From contig NC_068988.1 of the NCBI RefSeq assembly GCF_001194135.2, forward strand, positions 38,169,450-38,233,449: a stretch of DNA of 64,000 nt. The letters are read 5' to 3'. The translations under genes were made by a program, and so were the position numbers. This document shows, one piece after another, positions 23,574 through 34,644 of this stretch; within the stretch, counting starts at the first letter, position 1; every line of letters begins with the position of its first letter. This DNA is from Octopus bimaculoides. Lineage: Eukaryota. The notes under the pieces are model-generated. The model ran no database searches, was not told the origin of the DNA, and worked only from the letters and a program-made list of their open reading frames with translations.

Positions 23574-24082
23574 TACAGTCAATAACCTATGGTACATGTA
23601 AAGTATTTAAACAGGGTATCACAAAAATACTTGGTATGTTGTTTTCATTATTCTGATGAAGGCAACTAAGCTGAAAGAACTGCAGTCACTGCCAATCTAT
23701 TCTTTGTTAACATAATACATACATACATACATATATATACATATATATATATATACACACATATATATTTATATTTACATACACACATAGACATGTATCA
23801 TGTGAATATATGCATATATATAGGCTTGGTATAAATATATAAATATATGCATATATATATACATATATGTTTGTATGTGTGTATGTATGCATGAATATGA
23901 ATGAATAGATATTTATATACATTCATACACACATACACACATAAACACTCATAGACATGCCCACACACACATGTGTATATGCGGCATATTGTAAAAAAAT
24001 CAGCTGTATACAAACTTACACATCCGTTATTAATCTTAGTTTTTTTTTACTGGTTCAAGCCAGTTCATTGCTGATATGACGT

Positions 24083-24115
<33 letters not shown>

Positions 24116-24807
24116 ACACACACACACACACACACATGCATGCACACACACACATGCATGCACACACACACACGCACACACTTACATATATACATACGCA
24201 CTCATGCACACGCATACACATATGCATACACGCGTACTTATGCCTTAATCAATCCATAGCTAAGCAGTTCATCCATGAATGCACAAATGTTCTTATTTTC
24301 CCATGAAAATATATGACTATGCAAATATGAGAGTATATAGAGTCCAACTGCATATGTTTGTTTTTGTGTGTGTGTATGTGTGTGTGTGTGTACATATATA
24401 TATATATATATATAAATGTTTTTTGTTGGTGTGTATCAGTAACGGCTGTAAGTATTGGTAATTGGATTAAAAGACTGGTGCTTTTAAAATAATGAAGTAC
24501 CCTGATACATTTGTCTTGCACTGAATTACACTGACTCTCCCTTGCCACTCTTATTGGAAATATGGCAAATCACCAAATGGGCCATTGGAAACCTATAACC
24601 TGTTCCCAAAATGCAATATGACTATGTATATGTATGTATGTATGTATGTGCATGTGTGTGTGTGTGTGTGTGTGTAAGTGCGTAAATACATATATTTTAA
24701 AGAGTTAAATGTTAAACTGGTCATATACACACACACACATACACACACACACACATACACACACACATACACACACACACATAGGTATCAACTTGTTGCA
24801 TCAGTAG

Positions 24808-26587
24808 ATGAAAGTTATGGAGAGGGTCATAGCCCAACTAATTAGGGAGAGAGTTAGTCTAGATGAGATGCAGTTTGGTTTTGTGCCAAGGAGAAATACC
24901 ATTGATGCTATATTTCTGGTAAGGCAGCTGCAGGAGAAGTACCTAGTCAACCTCTGTACTTGGTTTTTGCTGATTTGGAGAAAGCCTTTAACAGGTTCCC
25001 CTGATCCCTTATCTGGTGGTCAATGCAGAAACTAGGGATAGACGAGTGGTTGGCGAGAGCTGTAAAAGCCGTGTACAGGGATGCTGTTAGTAAGGTGAGG
25101 GTTGGCAATGAGTACAACAAAGAATTCAGGGTACAAGTAGGGGTTCACTAAGGATTGGTGCTCAGCCCCCACTTTTCATCATAATCTTCCAGGCAATAAC
25201 AGAGGAATTTAAGACAGGCTGCCCCTGGTAGCTCCTCTCTGCTGATGACCTTGCTCTTATAGCTGAATCACTACCGGAACTAGAGAAAAGTTTCAGATAT
25301 GGAAGCAAGGTCTAGAATCGAAGGGTCTTAGAATTAACCTAGCAACAAACAAAGTCTTAGTAAGTAGGAAGGCAGACAAATCACAAATCACTTTAGGTAG
25401 ATGGCCCTGCTCAATCTGAAGAAAAGGCATAGGTAGAAATTTCATGAGATGCACCCACTGTAAGATTTGGACACATAAGAGGTGCAGCAATATCAGAGGG
25501 AAAATAGCTTTTGTATGTGGAAGATGCACAGGTACAATAAATGCAGAAAATGTGCAGAAAATAGACTCCATCAGCTACCAGTGGGGTAAGCTAGAGGTAA
25601 TAGATAGCTTCTGTTATCTAGGTGACCAAGTCAGTAGCAGAAGTGGATGCTCTGAGAGCATAGTTGTGAGAATAAGAATAGGCTGGGCAAAGTTCAGAGA
25701 GCTCCTACCTCTGCTGGCAACAAAGGGCCACTCTTTCAGAGTGAAAGGCAAATTGTATGATGCTTGTGTGCGAACAGCTATGCTACACGACAGTGAAACA
25801 TAGGCTGTAACAGCTGAAGACATGCATAGGCTTGAAAAAAATGATGATAGCAAGCTTTGCTGGATGTGGAATGTCATTGTGCATGTTCAACAGAGTGTAA
25901 GCATCATGAGAGAAAAGGTGAGCATAAGCGGCATCAGATGTGGTGTCCAAGAGAGACGACTGTGCTGGTAAAGTCATGTGATGTGTATGGATGAGGACAG
26001 CTGTGTAAAGAAGTGCCAGTGTCTATCTATGGAGGGAGCCTGTGGTAAAGGTAGACCCAGAAAGACATGGGATGAGGTGGTGAAGCCTGATCTTTGAATT
26101 TTGGCCCTCACAGAGGCAATGACCGGTGACCAGGACCTTTGGTGATATGCTGTGCTTGAGAACACCTGTCAAGCCAAGTGAAATTGTAGTCGTGGCTGAC
26201 GCTAGTGTCACGTAACTCACACCTGTGCTGGTGACATAAAAAGCACATTTTGAGTGTTGGGCCCTATGGAGGCAAAGTGGCTGATGCCACTGACATGTGA
26301 AAAACACCTTTCAAGCATTGAGGAATGACCGAGACTTTTGGCATTATGTCGTTCTTGAAAAGAAGACCCATCAAGCCAAGTAAAATTGCAGTGGTAGCAG
26401 ATACTGGTTTCATGTAAAAGCACCCATTACACTCTTGGAGTGGTTGGCGTTAAGTAGGGTGTCCAGCTGTAGAAACCATGTCAAATCAGACTGGAGACTG
26501 GTGCAGCCTTCTAGCTTGCTAGCCCAGGTCAAACTGTCCAACCCATGCCAGAATGGACAATGGACATTAAATGATGATGATGATGAT
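24808..26587 (+). mobile_element. 5'-truncated RTE-clade LINE: RT, PHD-like finger, C-terminal domain, 3' UTR, (GAT)n tail
   Basis: QFGFVPRRNTIDAIFLVRQLQEKY, FADLEKAF, LLSADDLALIAES, FCYLG, GRPRKTWDEVVK; multiple stops and frameshifts. Confidence 0.93.
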
Positions 26588-26599
26588 ATATGTCTGTGT

Positions 26600-26641
<42 letters not shown>

Positions 26642-28069
26642 CATGAGTACATATGCCTGAAAGAAGCTGGAGTGAAATGAAAGGAAATAAAACAGGTTGT
26701 TGGTACCAACAGGAAAAATATGCTTGGTTGAAAAATAAAAAAAATACTTAATGGAAGAAGGGCCATGGGGCTGGAATAAAGCAAAAACAGAAAGTTGATT
26801 ATAGGAGTGAGTTGTAGAGTTGAAATGTTGAGAGAAGGGTGCATAAGTGAATTCAGTGGAGTAGATTGTGAGATATGAGGCCTCTTCATCTATCTCCAAA
26901 GCATTGCAGAATTGACGTTTGATACAATATACACAGTATTTTCTTGCATGCAGTTTGATATAAGTATATGTCGTTTGTATTTTACTCAGTCCAGTCATTA
27001 TACCGTGGACATGCTGGGGCACCACAATGGATAATTTTTAGTCAAATGAATTGACTCAAATAGTTTTTTTTTAAAGCCAAGTACTTATTCTTTCAGTCTC
27101 TTTTTCCAAACTGGTAAGTTATGGGGATGTAAACACACCAACACCGGCTGTCAAGCTGTGGTGGGAGGACAAACACAGACACAAACACACAAACACACAC
27201 ACACACACACACACACATGTATATATGATAGGTTTCTTTTAGTTTCTGTCTACCAAATTCACTTATAAATCTGTGTTTGGCCTGAGGCTATAGAAAAAGA
27301 TACTTGCCCAAAGTGCCAAGCAGTGGAACTGAACCTGGAACCATTTGGTTGCGAAGCAGGCTTCTTACCACACAATCATGCCTATGCTTAGTATAAACAT
27401 GTGGTATAAACATTTAAATATTGTCACTATCTTTCCAAATCCTGCTGCATTTCGTATAGAATTTCTGGTTCTCCTAAGTCATCTTGGTGTATAAGATGAC
27501 CAACTTTTAATGACTATAAATTTTGGTCTGTAAACTTCCTACTTGTAAGCTGGAAAATATGATAATAATACTAGAGGTGTATGTGAATTGATTGGCTACT
27601 TGGATGGAGGATTTAGAGTTGTGTTAGTCTGTGATGTTAAAGATAACAGAACAGGTAAAAAACAGGTGTAACAATGGGAGTGAGCACAGGTGAATGTTCC
27701 AGGTTAGCAATAAAATGACTGTTGCTTACATTGCTTATCCACGGTCTATGTAAGCAATACTGTTAACTAGGTTATCTATGAGCAATCTATAGTGCTCGTT
27801 TCATAGGTGCCTAACAAATCTAATACAAGCTGTGCATTTGATAACTTGGTTTTCTGTCAGCCTGCTGGAGATCCCACTGTACTTACTGCTAGCACTGAGA
27901 ATACAGTTCATGCATGAATATGCACATAAAAAAAACACCAATTCATGTACACATATGTACATATTCAAATACATATCACCAAACACACAAACACCCACAC
28001 AAACGCATACACAAACACGTACGTGTATACACACTAGTCTCCGCCATCAGTCTAATTTTAGTTGTATTA

Positions 28070-28345
28070 AGGTTTATCGTGGTTGATGTTACAGTGTTGG
28101 TGCTGATCATAATGATGGTGGCACTGACGATGTTGCTAGTGATAGTGATGGTGTTGTTAGTAGCAGTGATGGTGGTGGTGGTAATGGCAGTGGTGGTGGC
28201 AGTTGTGGTGGTGATAACAGTGGTGATGATGGTAGTGCTGGTTGCAGTGGTGATGAGAGTGATGGTGTTGATGCTGGTACGGATAGTAATGGTAGTAATA
28301 GTAGTGGTGGTGGTAACAACAGCAGTCGTGGTGATTGTGATATAT
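28070..28345. repeat. cryptic trinucleotide (GGT/GAT/AGT) simple-sequence field
   Basis: Directly visible. Larger field at 29500-30160; others at 39800-39990, 41915-42000, 53400-53660, 53980-54080 and 60420-60560. Confidence 0.95.
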
Positions 28346-28361
28346 TAGAGGTGGTGATAGT

Positions 28362-29190
28362 GAAGGCATGTAGCTGAGTGGTTAGAGTATTTGGCTCACA
28401 GTTGTAAGGTTGTGAGTTCAATTCCCGATGACATGTTGTGTCCTTGAGCAAGACATTTTATTTCCCATTGTTCCAGTCCACTCAGCTGGTGAAAATGAGT
28501 AGTACCTGTATTTCAAAGAGCCAACAATGTCACAGAGAGGATGAACATTTTTGAAATGGCTATTACTCAGCCCCAGGGAAAGGGACATATGTCTGACAAG
28601 TACCATTCGGTCTGTGGTGTCTTAGCCTTCTTTTTTCTTTTCAGGTGAAGCCATGGCGCTGTGGACAATAGAGCATCGCGTGTTTGTCTATGACAGTTAC
28701 ATGAAGAATAATAAGTCTGTCACAGCAGTTCAGCACGAGTTTTGGTACCACTTCAGCATTCACTGAAATCAGGTTGTTCCCACCCATAACACAATCTTAC
28801 GTTGGGTGAATGCACTTCGTACATGAGGTACACAAATTAATAGGAGACCAGTGGGAGCACCACGAACGGTATGGACTCCAGAAAATGTGGAATGCATCAA
28901 ACAAGCTTTCAGAAATCCATCAATGGAAACAAATGCCACATAATGGATGCTGTTTTTCACACTTGATTTCGACAAATGCTAATTCAATACAAACACATTG
29001 ATGTCAATAAAATTTGCTTGCAGCTAAAATTAATGATTTTGTGAAATTTTCAAAACACCCGTCCTCTCTGTCCCATCCCATATGTTATGGGTACACAAGT
29101 CTGTGGAGTGCTCAGCCACATATACATTAATTTCACAAGCAGGCTGGTCTGTCGATCGGATCAACCGGAACCCTTGTCATCGTAACCAGA
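28362..29190 (+). mobile_element. tRNA-headed SINE family S2, split by a DNA transposon at ~28525-29085
   Basis: Head and central block at 28362-28525; tail resumes at ~29085. Intact relatives at 37480-37780 (+) and 40460-40790 (-). Confidence 0.75.
28525..29085 (+). mobile_element. internally deleted Tc1/mariner-superfamily element, DUF4817-type HTH N-terminus
   Basis: MALWTIEHRVFVYDSYMKNNKSVTAVQHEF...VPTHNTILRWVNALRT*G...GAPRTVWTPENVECIK (28652-28920); imperfect TIRs ACAGAGAGGA...TTTTGAAA. Confidence 0.7.
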
Positions 29191-30379
29191 CGAAGTACAG
29201 TGCCAGAAGAAGTGGTGGTGGTAGTAGTGGTGGTAATGGTGGTGGCAGCGGTAGTGGTAGAAATAACAACTGTGGTGGTGGTAGTGGTAATATCAGTTTC
29301 AAATTCTGGCACAATGCCGGCAATGTTGTGGGTGGGGGACGTCAATTACATCGACCACAGCACTCAGTTAGTACTTATTTCATTGACCCTGAAAGGATGG
29401 AAGGCAAAGTCGTCCTGAGCAGAATTTGAACTCAGAATGTAAAGATGGATGAAATGCAGCTAAGCATTTTTCCCCTGCATGCTAATGATTCTGCCAGCAC
29501 ACCACCATTGGTAGTGGTGATATTAGCAGTAGTAATGGTTGCGGTGGTGGTATTGATTGTGGTCATGATGACAGTAGTAGTTATAGTGGTGTCTCGGTGG
29601 TGGTAGTGGTGGTGGTTGTCATGGTAGAATGTATAGTGATGTTAGTGGTCATGATGATGGTGTTGGTGATGATTGTAGTGGTGTTGATGATGGTGGTGAC
29701 TATAGTGTTGGTAGTGATGGTGGTGGTGGTGATGGTGATGATGATAATGATAATGGTTGTAATGGTGATTGTGGTATTGGTGGTGGTGGTGGTGGTGGTA
29801 ATGGCAGTGGTGATGATGGTGGTGGTGGTGATGATGATAATAATAATGGTGGTGATGGTGATTGTGGTATTGATGGTAGTGGTGGTTGTGGTGGTGATGG
29901 CTGTGGTGATGGTGATGATGGTGGTGGTGGTGATGGTAGTGGTAATAATGATGGTTGTGATGGTGGTGGTGGTGCTGCTGCTGCTGGTGCTGGTAATGAT
30001 GGTGGTGATGACAATGGTGGTAATGGTCATGGTGATGATGATGATGATAATGATAATAGTGATGATGGTGATTGTGGTATTGATGGTAGTAGTGGTGGTG
30101 GTAACAGGGATGCTGATTGTAATGATGGTGGTAATGATGATGATGATGGTAGTGCTAAAAAAAAGTGAAGTAACTTTTGATTATCTATAAAACCTGAAAA
30201 ACAGGCTCCCTATTATGGAACCACATCAGGTGCTGCCGGTGCTGTCAGTCTTCAATTTATTGATTCGCACCAGACAAATATTTCATCAAAGATTCTTAAC
30301 ACTGAACTGAATGTACTTAATGATCTTTCTTCTCCAAAAAGTCAGAGAGTGAAAGAGTGAATAAGTAAGATAGACAAAG

Positions 30380-30392
30380 AGAAAGAGAGAGA

Positions 30393-30466
<74 letters not shown>

Positions 30467-30475
30467 CTGAAGGAT
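30380..30475. repeat. (GA)n microsatellite
   Basis: Directly visible. Confidence 0.97.
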
Positions 30476-31489
30476 AGAGAAACAGAGAGAAAAAGTTCAA
30501 GATCTGTTAGTTAAAAGGAAACTTAAATAAAACTAATATATTGTCTACCACACTGTTAAACCTAAATCAACCTTTTACAGGTTTCCCGCCAAAGCAGTTG
30601 GAAGCAAGTATATGAAACATTTGGCTAACAGGAAATAATTATGTGAATACACACATACATACAAACATACATATATGCATACTGGGATATGTAACACACT
30701 GCCTAAATATCTCAGTATCCTTGTGAGCGGATTTGGTAGAGGGAAACTGAAAGAAGCCTGTCATATCATCATCATCATCATTTAACGTCCGCTTTCCATG
30801 CTAGCATGGGTTGGACGATTTGACTGAGGACTGGTGAAACCGGATGACAACACCAGGCTCCAATCTAATTTGGCAGAGTTTCTACAGCTGGATGCCCTTC
30901 CTAACGCCAACCACTCAGAGAGTGTAGTGGGTGCTTTTACGTGTCACCCGCACGAAGGCCAGTCATATATATATATATATATATGTATAGGAAAATTTGT
31001 TGAAAATGCACCTAAATTTGAAAAACTTGTAATTGTTTTGAAATAAATTTATTTACATACATACCAAATTAGTTTCAACAATATTTTTTGTTTATCAATG
31101 GTAAAAATTAAAAATTATGAATTAGAAAAACATGTTTAAAAGATTCAATGTTTACAAGATTCAATGATATCAAATATGATTTAAATGTTTACAACATTCA
31201 ATAATATTAAAAAAATGTGGATCATCTTGCTTAAATGCACAAAATTCAATTGTGTTAGAAGTGATCGATAAGAAATGTGGATTACCAAAGGTTCGGTCAT
31301 ACTGAGTTAAGAGGGAGAAAAACAAGGGTGAAATGAAGATAGTAAAAATAGGGTTTTATTTACAATTTCTGTGATTCTTTTTCCGTCATGAGCAGGGACT
31401 TTCACTTGTAACGGCATTTTTTGGAATCTGGTGTATTTATAATTTTTTCTGTGAATGGATCTGATTTTTGATTCGTTACAGTACTGGTG

Positions 31490-32030
31490 ACATCATTAAG
31501 TGAGGTCATTAAAAATGAAATGTCCGATTTTCTTATGCACCAAGTTTGACAGTTGTTAACTCTAATGTTTTATCCTCACAATTCTTTGTTTTACAACATT
31601 GAAGTGTTACATCATCACTTTTTGAAATGCAATTCATGGTATCTGATTATATTGTAAGTTTTCTTTTGTAAATCAATTTTTGTGAACACATGGAAAGATA
31701 AAAATTTGTTTTGTCTATGAATTTGGGTACCATTGTGGAATCAATGCATTCCAGACGGCTCGAAACATCAATGTTTGGTGAAGATGTGGTGAATGAGTGC
31801 ACTGTACATTGATGGTTTGAGAAGTTCCAGTCTGGTGACTTTAGCCTTGATAATCAGCCCCGTGGTAGACCTGAGACCAAGGTAGATAATGATGAGCTGG
31901 AAACTGGTGGAAGCAGATACATCTCAAACTACATGTGAGTTAGCAGCAAGGTTTGATGTTTCGATTCTGACTTCATTGGACCATCTGAAACAAATTGGCA
32001 ATGTCTAAACAAATAGATGGGAGATTGATA
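31490..32030 (+). pseudogene. mariner (Hsmar1/SETMAR-like) transposase N-terminal remnant
   Basis: QTARNINVFGEDVVNECTVH*WFEKFQSGDFSLDNQPRGRPETKVDNDEL.LVEADTSQTTCELAARFDVS...LDHLKQIG. Confidence 0.85.
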
Positions 32031-32854
32031 GAAAAAGATTGAGATATCAAAGTATGTGTGTGTGCATAAGGAACCTGAAAAACAAATCGAAAAGGTTGAA
32101 GCAGATTTTGATTGAAAAAAAATCAAAGAAAATATATTTATATAAATACATGCATATGTGAGTGTATGTATGTATGTGTGTGTGTGTGTTTGTGTGTGTG
32201 CATGTGCATGTGTGTGTGCATGTGCATGTGTGTCTGTGTGTTTCTTTAGATCTGCAATTATTTGCATTAAAATGCAGTGTGTAATATTGTAATCTGTTTG
32301 TCCTGTCGACACATTGTCTAAGCACTTTCTACCTTCAAATGTATGTGGAATAAGAGAGCCCTTACTCAAAAAGCAGTTGAGGAGTAGCATCAGAATGGCA
32401 TTCTTTGAGTTCCCTTTTACCAAATCCACCCATAAGCCTGTGGTTGGCCTGGGACTATAACAGAATATACATGCCCAAGATTCTGTGCAGTGCGACTGAA
32501 CCTAAAACCTTGTAACTTGGAAGTGAACTTCTCAAACACACAATCATATATAGATAGACAGAAGGAGAAGAAATAATAAATAATATGAATGCATGAATGG
32601 ACATAATTCTTTCTAATTGTAGCAAAAGGCCAGCAGTTTTACTGGGAAGAGCAAGTCACCTACATAGACCCCTGTATGTGAATAACATTATATTTTATCA
32701 ACCTTGAAAGGATGAATGGCAAACTTGACTTTCGTGGGATTTGCACTCAGAATGTAACAAGTCAGAAGAATTACCACAAAGCAGTTTTTCAATATTAGAA
32801 ATATTGCATTTTTGAATCCCTCAATGAGACTTGTACAGTAGCAGCATGATAAAG

Positions 32855-33056
32855 TGATGGTTTGTTGCCAACTTAATGTGGCAGTCCCAAGAAAGGAAAG
32901 AATACTACAGCTATTTAGCCTTAAGACACATTGTTTCCAGTTGGCTATGTCACACAAGCGTGTGTGGAAAGGGGAAACGATGTTTCCTAGGGCTAAATAG
33001 CAGTAGCATTCTTCCCTTTCCTGGGACTGCTACATTAAGTTGGCAACAAACCATCA
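32855..33056. mobile_element. hairpin MITE, ~84-bp arms
   Basis: TGATGGTTTGTTGCCAACTTAATGTGGCAGTCCCA... pairs with ...TGGGACTGCTACATTAAGTTGGCAACAAACCATCA. Confidence 0.8.
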
Positions 33057-33419
33057 GTTTTTGCAATGCTCTAATGATTTTGCTGGTCTAACCCCTTTGT
33101 AAATGAAATTAATGAAGGAGAATAAGGTTGTGAAAATGTAAGAGTAGGTCAGTGGGGAGATGGTTTTCAAATAAACAACAGGTTATGGTAAGTGAAATAG
33201 ATGAGGAAGTTCTCAGTCACACAGAAATTATTTGACTTCAAACTGCTGGAACACAGGAAATAAATGATGGTGCAAGGCTTCAAACTGAAAGATTAACAAT
33301 TACTGAAGAGAGACAGAAATCGATCTTATAATTTTCATTGAGTTAGGAGAAAGGGAGAGGGTGAGACAGAAAAATAAATAGGTAGGTGGATAGATAAATG
33401 ATAGATGGATAGGAAGATT

Positions 33420-33450
<31 letters not shown>

Positions 33451-33586
33451 TCATACATACATAGATAGGAAGACCTATAGCTAGCTAGCTAGCTAGATAG
33501 ATAAACAGACAGACAGATTGACAGACAGATAGATATATAGATATATAAGCAGACAGACAAATAGACAGACAGACAGATAGACAAGG

Positions 33587-33625
<39 letters not shown>

Positions 33626-34245
33626 AGAGAGTATGTAAAAGTGTAAGATACAGAAACAAACAGTGAATGTCATAAAATGGTGGATATGATTTGATTTCAA
33701 GTGACACAGTTTTATCCTTTTTTTTGGTAAAAGAGACAATTTCCAGATATTCTTATTTACAATGTTGATAAATAAATTGTCTGACCAATATTCTAATAAG
33801 GTAGATTCATTTTGTGTCTGCTGCAACCTGAAATCAGTCATGGCCAGCTGGATATAATTCTGGACAAAACTAGGAATTGGGTTAATTTGATGTCAAAGAT
33901 TTACAGGCACCAATATGGCTCTGTGATTAATTCACTTCCCAACCATGTGGTTTTGGGTTTGTGCAGCAAAAAAAAAAAGATTTATTGTCTGCTACTCAGA
34001 CAAATGGTGCTGTTCTAAACTAAATTGAGCATGCTGACAATGAATCTCAACTTAGAATTGCTGTAGCATGTCAGGATTTTGAGTTATGTGCATAATTATA
34101 TATTAATACTATATTAGAATCAGGAATAGTTAAGTTCAAGGTAAATAATTATTATAATAGTATATTAGTACTGTATATAGTAAATTTATGCTCAAGGCAA
34201 ATAGTATTATAATATAATGGTAGTTCTATATTTAAAAGATGAGGA

Positions 34246-34644
34246 ATTATGTACATTATTTACATTATTTATATTTGATGGATATTTGTCCTCATCTTGT
34301 TTGTTGTTAACACATTTTGGCTGATATACCCTCCAGCCTTCATCAGGTATCTTGGGGAAATTTTGAACCTGGATTCTCATTTCTAAGGTATTTTTTTATG
34401 TTGTTATTATTATTATTATTAAGGTCACTGCCTGGAATCGTACTTGGAATCTTAGGGTTATTAGCCCATGCTCTTAACCACTATGCCATATGTCCATGGG
34501 CATATGGCATAGTGGTTAAGACACCTGATGAAGGCTGGAGGGTATATCAGCTGAAATGTTGTGTTAACAAACAAGATGAGGACAAATATCCGTCAAATAT
34601 AAATAATGTAAATAATGTAAATAATGAATATAATGGTACATAAT
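34246..34644. mobile_element. head-to-head tRNA-headed element with hammerhead-bearing tail
   Basis: ~100-bp terminal inverted arms; central palindrome 34473-34520; tRNA-like head 34492-34422 (-); hammerhead-like motifs at 34520-34565 (+) and ~34350-34308 (-). Confidence 0.8.
34520..34565 (+). ncRNA. candidate minimal type I hammerhead ribozyme
   Basis: GACAC-CTGATGA-A-GGCTG-gagggtatat-CAGCT-GAAA-TGT-T-GTGTT. The sister copy allows reconstruction of ancestral CAGCC-GAAA, with CGTT as the likely pre-CpG-decay stem III. Confidence 0.7.

Noticed and set aside
25417-25419. TGA at a Cys position (and TGA at an Arg position in the PLE GIY-YIG, ~51514) as possible selenocysteine
   Set aside because: Both lie in decayed copies; single-base TGC>TGA and CGA>TGA changes explain them, and no SECIS was seen.
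27720-27760. 11-bp stem hairpin GTTGCTTACAT...ATGTAAGCAAT
   Set aside because: Too short for a pre-miRNA and expected by chance in AT-rich DNA.
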